DNA of 63,066 nt, the filler included, from Octopus bimaculoides (lineage: Eukaryota), in NCBI RefSeq assembly GCF_001194135.2. It is 3 parts of 3 records of this genome, joined end to end, with 100 filler letters (N's around TTAATTAATTAA, not from the genome) between each part and the next. Parts side by side here need not be neighbours in the genome. Positions count along the whole stretch, not along the records: positions 31,468 to 60,397 come from NC_068984.1; 2 more parts are not named here. One strand, given 5' to 3'. The notes beneath the pieces are model-generated. The model saw only the letters and a list, made by a program, of their open reading frames with translations, was not told the origin of the DNA and did no database searches. Numbering within the stretch: the first letter of the stretch is position 1; each line of letters opens with the position of its first letter. The position numbers were made by a program, and so were the translations under genes. Positions 40,690-54,454 of the stretch are shown here, in pieces.

Positions 40690-40810
40690 CTCATCCGTCT
40701 GTCTTTACGTTCTGAGTTCAAATTCCACCGAGGTCGACTTTGCCTTTCATCCTTTCGACTGGCCCCCTCGCCCAAAAGTTTCGGGCCTTGTACCTAGATT
40801 AGAAAATAAT
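40690..40810 (+). mobile_element. Family-D SINE fragment
   Basis: CGTCTGTCTTTACGTTCTGAGTTCAAATTCCACCGAGGTCGACTTTGCCTTTCATCCTTTCG. Confidence 0.8.
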
Positions 40811-42253
40811 ATAAATTTTTCATCTCGGAAATAGAGAATTGTATATTTGTTTCTAAAATATACAGCTCAATAATTTTGATGAGAGCGTTAAGTAAATTAC
40901 ATTGACGCTTGCCTAGTACTTGCCTGGTACTCTTCTTTATCGCCCCAGAAAGCTGAAAAACGAGTTTGACATGAATAGGTTTTGAAGTACAACATGAGGA
41001 GTCAGAAAAAATTTCTCAAAGAATTTTTCCATCAATCTAACGCCGACTCTGNNNNNNNNNNNNNNNNNNNNNNNNNNNNNNNNNNNNNNNNNNNNNNNNN
41101 NNNNNNNNNNNNNNNNNNNNNNNNNNNNNNNNNNNNNNNNNNNNNNNNNNNNNNNNNNNNNNNNNNNNNNNNNNNNNNNNNNNNNNNNNNNNNNNNNNNN
41201 NNNNNNNNNNNNNNNNNNNNNNNNNNNNNNNNNNNNNNNNNNNNNNNNNNNNNNNNNNNNNNNNNNNNNNNNNNNNNNNNNNNNNNNNNNNNNNNNNNNN
41301 NNNNNNNNNNNNNNNNNNNNNNNNNNNNNNNNNNNNNNNNNNNNNNNNNNNNNNNNNNNNNNNNNNNNNNNNNNNNNNNNNNNNNNNNNNNNNNNNNNNN
41401 NNNNNNNNNNNNNNNNNNNNNNNNNNNNNNNNNNNNNNNNNNNNNNNNNNNNNNNNNNNNNNNNNNNNNNNNNNNNNNNNNNNNNNNNNNNNNNNNNNNN
41501 NNNNNNNNNNNNNNNNNNNNNNNNNNNNNNNNTATTTTTAGAAAAATAATATATTAAATGTTTTGAATATTTTGAAATATTTTAATAAAACTATTCGATG
41601 TAACCATTGAACCGATTTTAACTCTGTGTGTGTGTGTGTGTGTGTGTTTGTGTGTGTATGTGTGTGTGTGTTTGTGTGTGTGAGTGTATGTTTGTATTTA
41701 CTGTGTATGTACTTATATAGTGTGTATATATGTTTCTATGTGTGTATTTTTACTGTTTGTATTTATATATGTGTGTGTATATTGTGTGTGTGTATGTGTG
41801 TAATTCTTTTTTGGAATTGGTTCTTGAAGAACATATAAGGCAATAAATAACATGAAAATTAATATTGGGCTGAGAGAACCCTTTTGAATAGAAATAATCG
41901 ATGGCTGCTCGTGGCACTCGAACCCACTTTTCCAATATTTTACTGCTATTATTTTTAGCTTTATATGTACTTCGAAGACCAATTCCAAAAAAGAATTATT
42001 CCACGTTCACTCAAAACTTTATAAATTCTTATGACGTCAATAGTAAATATCACTTAATGTACACACTGTAAGGTACAAGCTACTGACAGTACTAAGAGCA
42101 CAAATAGCATCTGTCCTGGTGTGTAAATTGAATAGGTCACGTGTTCAGAGCCCGAGATTGCTTGGTGGCATGTTATAAAAATCTGCCTAGATTCACGTCT
42201 TCAATGCATGAAACTGTTTGTAGCTCGCATTTTTATACTGTGTATATTAAATA

Positions 42254-42298
<45 letters not shown>

Positions 42299-42997
42299 AT
42301 CAGTTGTTCATATATCCGAAACAGAAGCACACTTTAAAACATTAGAGCAGTAATATATTCAGGGAGTTGTTTATACAGCTTCTTCAACTTTCCGTAAAAC
42401 CCACCGTTTAAAACCCTACCAATGTTCGAGACCAAATTAAACTGGACAGATCCGTTACATATTTAGCAATTTCTTGAATAGCTGCATAATCTCTGATGAA
42501 ATCCCAACAAGGCTGAAACTTGTATGTACAGCCGTTCCCTCTTTTTCTCTCTACAAATATATTGCCTACCTAGACGTATCATTTATTTCGTTGCAACATG
42601 AAGTGCTGGCCAAAAACGTCTATTGATATCTTCTATACTATAAAGCAGCCGTGTTAACACACTCTAGTTATTTCACATACATTCATACATACATACGTAC
42701 GTACATGATCATAGATACATACATACACATCTACATGCACATATACATATGTACAAAAAACATGCATACATATATACATACAGACATATCCATACTTACA
42801 CCTACCCATACATACATATCCGTTGTATTATTTTTCTTTGTTACCGATGTTATATTTATCGTTGTCATTGATGTCAGTGACTATGATGATGATGATGATG
42901 ATGGTAGTGGTGGTGGTGGTAGTGGTGGTGGTGGTGGTAGTGGTGGTGGTAGTGTATTTGTTGGTTGTGGTGTTGCTGCTGCTACTGCTGCTGCTGC

Positions 42998-43062
<65 letters not shown>

Positions 43063-43599
43063 GAAAGCAGCAATTCGTTTGAGAGAAAATCTATTTTTGT
43101 TGCAGATGGTGTTACAATGTATGTTGTAGAGAGACGAGATCTAAGACGTTGTTGTTGCTGTTGTTGTTGTTATTTGCCGCCGGAGGCTTTGGTGTTGAAG
43201 TGAGAACCATGTACAGACATTTACCATTTTGGGATAACTTCATTAACCGACATTACTACACCTACATCTTGGACCACCATCAACACCACGAACAACAACA
43301 ACAACAACAACGTCACCACCGTCGCCACCAACACTACCACCACCACCACAACCACCACCACTATCTCCACTACCTTTACTCACGACCCCTGCTATAACTG
43401 CTACTAACAACACCAATAAAAGAACTACCATCATAACAATACAACCACTGACACACAACCACCACAGCACAGTTACCACCTCGACCATCCACCATCGACC
43501 ACACACCATCGACCACCCTGATCGGCCACCCACCTACCATCGTCTACACAACTGCCACTTCCTTCCACCACAAATTCCCACCGACACTATGAGATCATT

Positions 43600-44560
43600 C
43601 ATAGTTGTCCACTCTTTGGTGAATGAGCAAATCTGAACTGTCCTTCTTGTCTACAAAACCTTCCCTGTTGTTGACACGAGAATGTCCTGAAAGTGCTTCA
43701 GTCGTCCTCTTCTTGTTCGATTCTCCGCTCTCAGATGACCGTAATATATTTAATCGGCCGTATCCGATCAGTCGATAGCAGTTCTTGATCGTTGCTTCGA
43801 TGTAGGTGGGTGAGGAAAGATTTGACATCTTCAATGATTATCATGTCGGAATTATTCCTTCCAGTTTACCTTGACGATGCTATCAAGTCCATGATAGTGG
43901 AAGCACTGAAGTTGGGTCACCTGAGGACAGTAAAAGACCGACGTTTATTTTTGTCTTATTTTATTTTCTATTTCTATTTTTTATTTGATCCATTTATTTT
44001 TTTTTCGGTGGTGAGCAAGGATGACAGCTACCTTATACCTAAGTAACTCGTATCCACCGAATGCCACTGTTCTGAAAAATTCTGTCCAATGACTCTGAAA
44101 GATAATTCTTGTACATTTCAAGAGTTGCTGAAAATTTCGCTCTAGATGATAGCGATGGTTGTTAATGTTCTCAAGCAAATGACAGTTGTGAATTTGATGG
44201 AGGTGATCAAGAGTTAACCCCACCTGGGAATGGTTGAAAGAAGATCTGAATTTTACTCAGTCCGATTAAGAGTCACATCTTTTTGTATGCAACATTAAAG
44301 GTGTTGGAGTTAACTTGACGGTTTCTTCACTGGTAGACACGACACTTTTATCGACGACATAGCGAAATCAGTCACAAGAGAGCAGTGTGTTTTTGGTCTT
44401 CACTTGAAGACGATTGAACCTGAATAGATTTCAGATTTTTCTGAATTCGAAGTCAATCCCATCGGAAATTCGGGTTTAATGACGCGTATGTTTGTTGTAA
44501 AGAAAATGGTAGAAACTATTGGAGTGATGACATAATTTTGAGGCTTCCATTGTCCAGTGG
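43600..44560 (-). mobile_element. Heavily decayed RTE-like RT remnant, interrupted by an A-rich run at ~43940-44005
   Basis: Minus frames: FRFNRLQVKTK..; QSLDRIFQNSGI..YKVAVIL; QLQCFHYHGLDSIVKVNWKE; YIEATIKNCYRLIGY; KHFQDIL. These are successive RTE RT and post-RT motifs in the expected order. Confidence 0.65.
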
Positions 44561-44620
44561 TTGTTATATTGTCATAAAAAGCATCTCGAGACGAAAGTCG
44601 AAGTGATGCGCGCGCGCGCG

Positions 44621-44832
44621 TTTCTGTGTTTGTGTGTGTGTTTGTCCCTCACCACCGCTTGACAACTGGTGTTGATACATTTACATCCCCATAACATAGC
44701 GGTTTGGCAAAAGAAACCGATAGAATAAGTATCAGACTTTAAATAATTGTTCGAATAAAAACTCTTCAAGGAGGAGCCCCAGCATGGCCGCTGTCTCATG
44801 ACTGAAACGATTAATGACTGAAAGGATAAAAG
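44621..44832 (+). mobile_element. Family-A-related SINE 3' half (diverged subfamily)
   Basis: TGTTTGTCCC..CGCTTGACAAC..GGCAAAAGAAACCGATAGAATAAGTA..CCAGCATGGCCGC..GACTGAAAC. Confidence 0.75.
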
Positions 44833-45561
44833 ATTAAAAGTATTGAAATAATGGAATGAGGCGTCTTTGCTGCTAGAATTTTGGTGGCCACCTCGCTCCC
44901 CTCCCCAGAGCAGACCAGATTTAATTACAAGGAAACAATAAATCTCTAAAGATGAATCTTGGGTTTCAGCCCCAGACCGGCAGAGTAACCGGAAATGCGC
45001 AAATTCTTTCCTCAAGAAAATACGGTCAAAATCCAGATTTGGGCGGCGAGAGGATCTCCGTTACAGTCAACAAACAAAAAGCAACAATAATAATGAAAAA
45101 GAGGAGATGGGTGGTGGTGGTGGTGGTGGTGGTGGTGGTGGTGGTGGCGGCGGCGGCGGCCACGACGACGGCGACGATGACGACGGCGACGACGACGACG
45201 ATGATGATGATGATGAATATGATGATGATGCTTTCGTCTATTGGCGTAAGCCCTGAAATTTTAATGACAGTGGTTAGTCGATTACATCAACCGCAGCGCC
45301 CGACTAGTACTTCCCAAAAACTTGAAAGCATAACCTGTGTTATGTCTGTGTGGAAAGATAATCGCTCATCTGCTAATCATTGAAAAGTGAAGGAATGTGG
45401 AATATGATGATTACTTAATGCACTTTATATATTTTATGCACAATTTTATAGACTTTTTCCATTTTCCCCATAAAAAAAAATTACATTTTAAAATTTACAT
45501 GGTCACAATTTCATACCTAGAAAACAAAAATTTTATAGTAAAAAAAAACTATTTTATATGT

Positions 45562-46051
45562 AAAATTTGTGGGACTTTCCTATTCAAATGGACAGGAAGT
45601 TAGAAAATAATAGACCAGATATAACGATTATAGAAAAAGAAAAGCGAAGTTGCTTACTTATCGACCCACCATACTCGTTTGATTCCAGAATCATAAAGAA
45701 AGAGGACGAAAAACAAAAAAGATACAATCCCTTAAAATTTGAAATAGGAAGAATTTGGAACAAGTGAACAGTAAAGGTCGTTCCTGTAATAATTGATGCG
45801 TTGGGAACAGTAAACCAAGATATAGACAAATAGCTGAAGGAGATTGGAATAGAATGCTCGGTAGAGTTCCTACAGAATGTTTGTCTCTTAAGGACATCGA
45901 GGATTATCAGGTGAGTTCTAAACACTTGAAAGACAGCTGAAAACTTGTGGATACTTAAGGTTATAGGTAGAAACTCGCTATCCACATAAATCGTACCAGG
46001 AATAAGACCAAACCTCAGCGAAACCAAAATAATAATAATAATAATAATAAT
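45562..46051 (+). mobile_element. R4/Dong-like 3' end (RLE domain) with (AAT)n tail
   Basis: WDFPIQMDRKLENNRPDITII..CLLID..KRYNPLKFEIGRIWN..VVPVIIDALG; (AAT)n at 46028-46051. Confidence 0.88.
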
Positions 46052-46349
46052 GATCCCTGGCTTACCATCTTTGCAGGAAGTGCAAAAGATTGTCTTAACT
46101 GCACACGTATTGAGAAGAGCATTGTCGCTGGGAATTTTCTCCCTCCCACCTTATTTTATTTGTTTACTTTTCTATTTTTCTTTTTCTCTCTGTCTTTCCC
46201 TTTTTCTCTATCACATGACTCTGTAAATGACCAATCTAGTGTGTTTGTTTAATAGTCTACCAATGTATACAGTACGTTTCTCTGCCCTAGGTGTCAGGAA
46301 GACACTCGGCAAGAAATGAAAACAGAATTGAAGATGCTAATGAAAAAGG

Positions 46350-46413
<64 letters not shown>
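46052..46413 (+). mobile_element. Second, very short R4/Dong-like 3' end with its own (AAT)n tail
   Basis: IPGLPSLQEVQKIVLT-AHVLRRALS parallels IPGNPKMTEIEKIVLMATTHILRKMLS at the end of ORF 35522. UTR follows, then (AAT)n at 46350-46413. Confidence 0.7.
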
Positions 46414-46414
<1 letters not shown>

Positions 46415-46417
46415 CGT

Positions 46418-46473
<56 letters not shown>

Positions 46474-46478
46474 TAATG

Positions 46479-46690
46479 AAGGCGGTGAGCTGGAAGAATC
46501 GTTAGCACGCCGGATGAAATGCTGAGCGGTATTTCTTACGTTCTGAGTTCAGTTCCCCCGAGGTCTATTTTGCCTTTCATCCTTTCGAGGTCGATAAATT
46601 AAGTACCAGTTAAGTGCTGGGGTCGATGTGATCGACTTTCCCCTCCCCCAAATTGTGGCTACGGTAGAAAGGATTATTATTGTTATTATT
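46479..46690 (+). mobile_element. Family-D SINE with (ATT)n tail
   Basis: AAGGCGGTGAGCTGGAAGAATCGTTAGCACGCCGG..GAGGTCGATAAATTAAGTACCAG. Confidence 0.85.
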
Positions 46691-47692
46691 AGGCACCTAG
46701 ACTGTCGTCAGGTGCTCACAGCCCTCTACCAGTCGGGCAATGGGTCGGTGGATGTTCCGCTTTAGAAATTTATACAGGATTTGTGGCGGGGAAGTGCGAC
46801 GACATTCTCGGAGAAACTCTGGTCGCCGACGAGAACAAACTGGCTAGTCTGTTTCGGAGGACTTTCCGGTCGGGAACTATCATGGTTAATTTCCAAATGT
46901 CCTTGGCCTGGCAGTGCTACCGGTTCGAGATAAACTCTACAGGCACAGATATACTGTCAGACGGACTTGTCCGTGGTGCGCGCAGAGTGATGAAACAATT
47001 CAGTGTTCGGGCATTGCTGACTTGTGGGATTATGTCGAACAGCTGCTGTCACGTGTGGAACGGATCCGTCTGTCGGCCGAGTCTGTAGTGATGATCGCAC
47101 CGCCACTCTCCTTCAATCAGGGAGGCAAGGCAGTTTTCCTTTGCCTGGTGGCTGTGGCGAAAGAGGTTGTTTGATGGACAAAGCTGAAAGGCATGAGGAC
47201 AGATACGTTCCTCATGAAATGCATGAGGACAGATACGTTCTTCTCATTGACTACTTCAAGTTTCACTTGAAAAGGAAATTGAGAGCGGAGAGGGTAGTTC
47301 TGTCCTCGAATGACTTTATTGAAAGGTGGGTGAAAGTTGAGAAAATGGCAAGAGTGGATGGTACCTCTCTCAGTGTAGACCTGTAAGTCGGAGAGAAGGA
47401 ATTGGAGAGAGCATTTGCTCTTTGTGATCAGGGAAAACTCAGACAGTGGGATTTCTCGATTATCCCTAGAGACCTTCCTGTATCAGAAGGGCCACATCTC
47501 TATCATTCTCCCCGCTACATTTTCTTTTTAAACCTATGTATGCAATGTATATGTCCCTTCTTTTTCAGTGTATATCTTCTATACTTTCTTTCCTTTTTTT
47601 TAATCATTTCATTATATGTAAACCTCCACACTTTATGCCAGTCTTCGTATTGTCCTCTTCATCCTTCGCCCGTGTGGCAGAGAAATGAAATC
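46691..47692 (+). mobile_element. Tx1/L1-clade LINE 3' end (Cys-rich C-terminal domain and 3' UTR)
   Basis: SLAWQCY../LPVRDKLYRH..TCPWCAQSDET..C..LW..VFLCLVAVAKEVV*WTKLKG..FKFHLKRKL..W matches the C-terminal zinc-knuckle region of L1/Tx1 ORF2. Confidence 0.75.
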
Positions 47693-48124
47693 ATTATTAT
47701 TATTGTTGTTGTTATTGGTGGTGGTGGTGCTGTTGTTATTTGCTGTGAATTATGTTCAGCTGCGCTCTGGCAGCAACGTTTTTCTTCTCGGATTATCACA
47801 TTTTTATGGAGGTTTCACCAAAGGACTTCAAAACATTCGATCGTCTGCCCCCATTACTTGCAGCACATGAACGCTTTATGTTTAGATATTTGAAACTGTT
47901 TACGCATTTTTTACAATATCCATTTGTAATATTTACACACGTTGTCGGATAGCTGACTCAGAAATAACAGGAAGTGGTGGCGGCGGCGGCGATGCTGGTG
48001 TTGATGTTGGTGGTGGAACTAAGATAAACAAGCGAAATGAAAACACTTGACAGAATTATACAAAAGAAAACACTTTTCATTAATGAACAGAGAAGCGAAC
48101 ATTAAATTGAAAGGAGAAACTGGG

Positions 48125-48700
48125 AAAAGACTTCTGGTAGTCAATGTATTTCATATTTGAACTCTTCCTTCTGGTTCTACAATCTTCAGTTCTGGCTTTT
48201 TGGTGAGCAATTGATCTTTAGAGTCTTTAGAAGCCATTGTGCCCTTCGTGACAGCTTCTGGAAGCAGCTCGTTGTTTACTGATATTTATCTACATTTTCT
48301 TTGTTGAAATGAAGTATTTAGAAGCAGTGGGGGAGGTCTTTAGTGTTTAGAGTTTGTTGCTTCTTAAGGTACAGTCCCCGCCCCGCCACTGAGCCAATCG
48401 GGTGTAATCTTTCGCTCTTTCATCATTAAAAATATCTCTGCTAACACCTCATGTGCTACAGGTGAACATTTAACTTCAACTTTGCGTTCTTATCGTTTCT
48501 CAGCACCTTTCAGTACCTTCCACTATGCGTTTCCGGTCGTCGTCCCTACTCTCCTCTCTGTATTCATATGGCCTCTCACAGTTGTTCAGATGCTGTGTTG
48601 GTTGTTTTAAAAACTCTCGTCTGCTAGGGTCTCTTTGCTGTTCAAACTCCTTCTCAGAATTCTTCCACTTTTTTTGCTGTTGGTACTGCATTCACTCATA
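48125..48700 (-). mobile_element. Decayed R4-like RT N-terminal fragment
   Basis: AHEVLAEIF..TPDWLSGG..RPPPLLLNTSF..NNELLPE..SKDQLL..YIDYQKSF parallels the PEWL/RPITCL/KDHLL/IDYRKAF series of the 34050 copy. Confidence 0.6.
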
Positions 48701-51000
48701 TTTAGTTCTTAACTAATTCTTAATAAAATCATTTTGATTTAGAATCGAACTGTTTGTTTCGTTCAAATAATCACCATCACATTTCATGCCAACGGATTCT
48801 TACAATTTAGTGAAGATCTCTTGTTTCATGTTCTTTGATTTTAAAGAATTATTTTCTTAATAAGAGTTGAAATTGATATTATTAAATAGTATTATTAAAC
48901 AATATCAATTTCAACTAGTGGTCAGTATACTTAAAAACGTCCGAGGACCGTGAATATGATAGATCACTATATGGATCCCTTGTATGCTAAAAATAGATGT
49001 CAAACCGTCTCACCACGAAATCTGTAGGATTCGTTTCTTCTCCTTTTATCTCATTTCTAGCGTTTCATTTTTGATTTCACTAAGGGTTTTCTGAATATTT
49101 CTTTTCCCTATTGTATGCATGAGTTTCTGTATTCTTATAAAAGTATTTCATTTTCATTTAAGCTGTAATGGCCAAGCATTTTTTATCGTTTTTGCTATTT
49201 TAGAGATGATTTTATCCTTGGGAGGTAATTTCGTAAGATCTATTATTTTTAATTCTTGAATCATGTTCAAATCATAACTTCCGCCTTTAGAGTTCTTAAA
49301 TCTCCTTTATATTCCCTTATATTTATATTTTCGTTTGTCCATTTCTCTCGTCGTCGTCGTCATCGTCATCATCGTCATCATCATCATCATTATCATCATT
49401 TTCCCTGCTTTGGTTATTTTGTACACTCACTTGCCAGGTCATTACCAGAGATTTTGGACAAGCGAAGCAAAGTGATTATATAATTTCAATACTTAAGCAG
49501 CCGCTTTCATTGAAATTCAACATCACAACACATCATAAAGACTTGATGTAAACGAGATATGAGAAAAGTCTCATAAGAGGCCTTCAGGTATATTTGTTCT
49601 TGGAGTTGTTTTCAAACGAAGACCTGAGTGATTCTAATAAGTTCAACTTCCATTTCAAGGGGGAAATCGAACTGATGAGTGGTGTGTCGATTTTGATTTG
49701 GTGTTGCTCTGATCTGCATAGATTAGTTGAAAGCGTTCGGCAGGGCTGACCGTCGCTACCTGGTGTTTGTCCTGAGACCAACCAGTTTTTGTTCAATCCC
49801 CAGACATTCTATCGATTCAGCGACATCTATCCAGTGGTCCACCATTTATATTCGTCACTGTTCCATCCTTCATCTGTAAATATTTCGCTACTTCTGTGTT
49901 TTGTCTCTTTGGCCTTTAGTGAGGTGTAGGTTGTAGAAATTGGAACGCATGAAGATATATGAGGACGGTATCATGTTCAGGGCGTTTGACGTAACAAAAA
50001 TAAAATTGGCAGAATACAAGATGACAACAAGAAAACTGATTATCTAAAACAATTCAGTGGATCCGTCGCCGGCCACCATTTGTTGGTGGACTGGGGTGCC
50101 ATTTTAAGTGTTCAAGATATGGTGAGGTGGAAGATTGCGATTACGTAATGACCAGAGGGGTCAATTCTCACCAGAAAAGGTCCGAGGCAGGTATTTCTTT
50201 GAAAAGTTGGCTGGCAATTGCTTCAGTAAATTCGGAATTGAAATCCCAGCTGACGCCTTTCACAAGAAATATCTGACTCGAATGGAACCACTGGCTTTTC
50301 CCTTTTTTTTTTGTGAATAGGATAGGTTCTTGAACAGAGAATGCCAGAACCCAGACATAGAGTTCTCTAGATGATGTGCAAACCTTTAACGGAAATCTTT
50401 CATCTTGGGATTACGATTATTTCTAAAAGTAATGATTTGTTATTAAAGGAATGGGGCAGTATTTTGGGATAGTCTCTAAAAATATATCCGAAGTATTGGG
50501 AAAGGAAATCGTCCTACAGAAAATTGTCCACTCATTCAATGCTGGAAGATTGTTGATTTGAACATTTATGTCGAGTTGATGTTAAATAAAAGGACTTCAG
50601 TATTCCTTTGGCAAAGGGGTTTTCTCGAATCATAGGGTCATAAGGCCGGTTTCCCAGATTTTATGATGTATTTAACCTCCCACTGGACGGAACATCGGTT
50701 GGTCACCGGATTATTTATTTTTGCCAGCTAAGTGAAGTGAAGCAATTTGAAATGAAGTATTTTGTTCAAGAACACAAGCATTGTCTGGTCCAGGAATCGA
50801 AACAACTAGCTTACGATCGTGAGTGCAACATCCTAAACACTAAACCAGACACCTCCACATTTCCTCTGTCCAAAGAGAGAAGCAGTTTTCCTTTGCCTGC
50901 GAAACCAGCTGTAAACCAAGAGCCAACTAATTGAGCAACGAAAACTTCTTACCGAGAAGAGATATTTCACTTTCCTTAAACAGCATCCCTGCTGCTTATA

Positions 51001-51546
51001 CAGGGTGTTAGAGAAGTCTCTCCGCACTAAGTATTTTATTGCAAAATAAATATTTATAAGATGGTATAAAGGCTACAAAAGAATATATTAGACTTTACAA
51101 GACTTTAAAAAACTTTATAAGAGGTGCTGAAAGTGTCGTCCTTCATTTTCAATAAATGAGTTGACTCTTCAACAGATGTTTTGAAATACATTTTGGAGAG
51201 TCTGACGCGGCATAGAACGTGTGAAGGTTATGATTGCGTCTTTTAGCTCAGAAATGGTTTTCAGGCGATTCTTGTACACTGATCCTTTACTTGCTCCCCA
51301 AGAAAGAAGTCTGGCGGTATTAAATCAGGTGATCTTGGTGACCAAAGTCCCTTCAAAATAATCCGTTCACCGAAAATCTCTTGAAGTAGTGCCATGGTGA
51401 GGCACGAAGTATGTGCCGTAGCTCCATCTTGCTGAAAGTATGCATTATTACTTTCACTTTCAATGAGTTGACTTACAAATGGAGAGACATTATTTGAGCA
51501 AGATGAAAAAAAAAATTCACTGCGAAGAAACTTTTTGAACACCTTG
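51001..51546 (-). mobile_element. Internally deleted Tc1/mariner element with both TIRs and TA TSD
   Basis: TIRs 51001-51028 and 51519-51546 match at 21 of 28 positions and each is flanked by TA. Minus frame FQQDGATAH..LWSPRSPDLIPPDFFL and C-terminal GRHFQHLL*. Confidence 0.9.
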
Positions 51547-51737
51547 TATATAATCGCTGGCCCGTAGAATGATGAACTCGTCTAGCCTAGCTTTAACTCG
51601 GTAACACAATATATTGGGTGATCAGACATTAAAACAATTACAGAACAGTGAAGTGTTCAAGGAGAAACCACATCTTTATAACTCACCATTCCTAGACCAG
51701 AACAGTTTGAATAAGAAGTATAAATGGCTGACGTAAT

Positions 51738-51791
<54 letters not shown>

Positions 51792-52464
51792 NNNNNNNNN
51801 NNNNNNNNNNNNNNNNNNNNNNNNNNNNNNNNNNNNNNNNNNNNNNNNNNNNNNNNNNNNNNNNNNNNNNNNNNNNNNNNNNNNNNNNNNNNNNNNNNNN
51901 NNNNNNNNNNNNNNNNNNNNNNNNNNNNNNNNNNNNNNNNNNNNNNNNNNNNNNNNNNNNNNNNNNNNNNNNNNNNNNNNNNNNNNNNNNNNNNNNNNNN
52001 NNNNNNNNNNNNNNNNNNNNNNNNNNNNNNNNNNNNNNNNNNNNNNNNNNNNNNNNNNNNNNNNNNNNNNNNNNNNNNNNNNNNNNNNNNNNNNNNNNNN
52101 NNNNNNNNNNNNNNNNNNNNNNNNNNNNNNNNNNNNNNNNNNNNNNNNNNNNNNNNNNNNNNNNNNNNNNNNNNNNNNNNNNNNNNNNNNNNNNNNNNNN
52201 NNNNNNNNNNNNNNNNNNNNNNNNNNNNNNNNNNNNNNNNNNNNNNNNNNNNNNNNNNNNNNNNNNNNNNNNNNNNNNNNNNNNNNNNNNNNNNNNNNNN
52301 NNNNNNNNNNNNNNNNNNNNNNNNNNNNNNNNNNNNNNNNNNNNNNNNNNNNNNNNNNNNNNNNNNNNNNNNNNNNNNNNNNNNNNNNNNNNNNNNNNNN
52401 NNNNNNNNNNNNNNNNNNNNNNNNNNNNNNNNNNNNNNNNNNNNNNNNNNNNNNNNNNNNNNNN

Positions 52465-52531
<67 letters not shown>

Positions 52532-53679
52532 TGTACGTACGTATGTATGTAATGAATGTATGTAACTTCCTGTTCGTTACTCATGCTTGAGAGTTTTGTT
52601 AGTCACCATTTGGAGCAATAAGCAGCGTCCGATATTTTCGTGCAAGCAGAGCTTTCTGGAAGCCAGTAAATCTCTTGAGATTATTTCTGTTAATAATTTA
52701 AAAGGTAGACGTCCATGCTTCAGAAAATTACTTCACTGAGTGCTACTAACTCGGCCAATATTTTGTATAATCATCAGAGAGGCTATAGGGAATATATATA
52801 GCAACTGGATCAATATTTAGAGAGTGGCACACTGAGTGGGTTTCACTTAGTTTCGTATTATATGTATGTCGGTGTTATTTGCGTGAGTGTTTGTGTGTGT
52901 CGAGTAGCTTTTGTATACGTACATGTGTATGAGTAGATATAGCTTATAGTACACTAACGCTGTGAATGTGTGTGTGTAGGTATGAGCATTCGTGTACTTT
53001 GCCTGCAAGCGAGTTTTCAAAGGTAAGCGGATAGATCAAAATAAGTGCGTATACACGGATGTATGTAAAATTTATTCTACATGCGTATATACCTGTGTAA
53101 ATAAAGACACATACACGTACACTAACGTCAAACATAAGCATATGCACATAGATATTTACGCATATATATATATTCACACGCACACACATGCATACATAAT
53201 ATATATGTATATATATGTACACACAAACACGCGCGCGCGCGCACTTACATATATAAATTTAAATCGATGTTTCATATAATTATGTTAACATATATAGATT
53301 TTTATTCCTACGCAACTGCATACATTTATGAATGTGTGTGTGTGTGTGTGTGAGTGTCTGTGCATGTGTGTGTATGTGTGTGTGCATGCGTGTCCGAGAG
53401 AGTGTTTGTGTGTGAGAGTGAGTATGTGTGTGAGAGAGAGAGAAAGGGAGGGTGTGTGCATTGGTGTGTGTCTGAGTGTGTGTACATGTGTGTATGTGTG
53501 AGATAGTGTGTGTGTGAGTGAGAGAGAGAGAGAGAGAAAGAGAGGGCGTGTGTATTTATCTATCTATCAGANNNNNNNNNNNNNNNNNNNNNNNNNNNNN
53601 NNNNNNNNNNNNNNNNNNNNNNNNNNNNNNNNNNNNNNNNNNNNNNNNNNNNNNNNNNNNNNNNNNNNNNNNNNNNNNN

Positions 53680-53723
<44 letters not shown>

Positions 53724-54454
53724 AGCATATAAGTTTATATTTCCATCGTCCTCATAATCTGCACACATTAATGTGTTTATCAGTCTATGCATATATACAC
53801 TTTTGCTCTTAAATATACACGCAGAAACCTGCATCCATCCATACAATTATATATACATATATAACTGTATGTGTGAATGTATACATGCACCTATGTATGA
53901 ATTTTTCCATGGATAAATTAGACACAGTGACTTGACGGCTAGTAAACTGAAATTTCGAAGTTACTGTCAAAATTTACCTTATAAAATTAATATGACACTC
54001 TACTATAAGCTAAATATAAAACTCAATTTATATAAAGAAAACATAAAATGGAGAAATATTGATGAACAACAATTGACTTACATCAATTATTATTTATTGA
54101 TTCAATACAGATAAACTGCATCTCATCTAACAGCTGTTTCTGCTTCCAATGTTGTGTGGTATTGCCATTGATATGCTAAAAGGTATTTATCATATTTGGT
54201 AACAAAACCGATCTGAAACATGGAGCTTCATCAGAGTGAAGAATAAATAAATAAAAAAAACGAAGAGCTTAGAGAAGGAAAAGGAAAAGTTGAATATGGT
54301 TGTAATCCTACCATTTTGCTTTTGTATCTCTTTGGGACGTTAAGTAAATGACTAAACTTAAAATAGCATTTGGTGGGTTAATCTTTTGTATGGGAGGCAC
54401 AGGCTGGATAAATAATAAAAAGCTAAAAAACATAATTGCGGAATACGCCAGATC

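Noticed and set aside
42493-42525. CTGATGA-AATCCCAACAAGGCT-GAAACTTGTA hammerhead-like string
   Set aside because: Stem II is mismatched, there is no stem I pairing, and it is single-copy in the window. It could be a dead PLE end but is unsupported.
43595-43834. 79-aa ORF with protein-like composition and an upstream acceptor-like CAG
   Set aside because: Explained as part of the decayed RTE remnant (IEA.I..R..GY and neighbouring motifs in adjacent frames).
47191-47248. 30-bp tandem duplication with a CATGAGGA/TCCTCATG hairpin in the Tx1-like remnant
   Set aside because: Best explained as a local post-insertion slippage or template switch in a dead element.
50130-50640. Complex-looking segment with short ORFs
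   Set aside because: No recognisable motif in any frame; probably an old repeat but cannot be classified from sequence alone.
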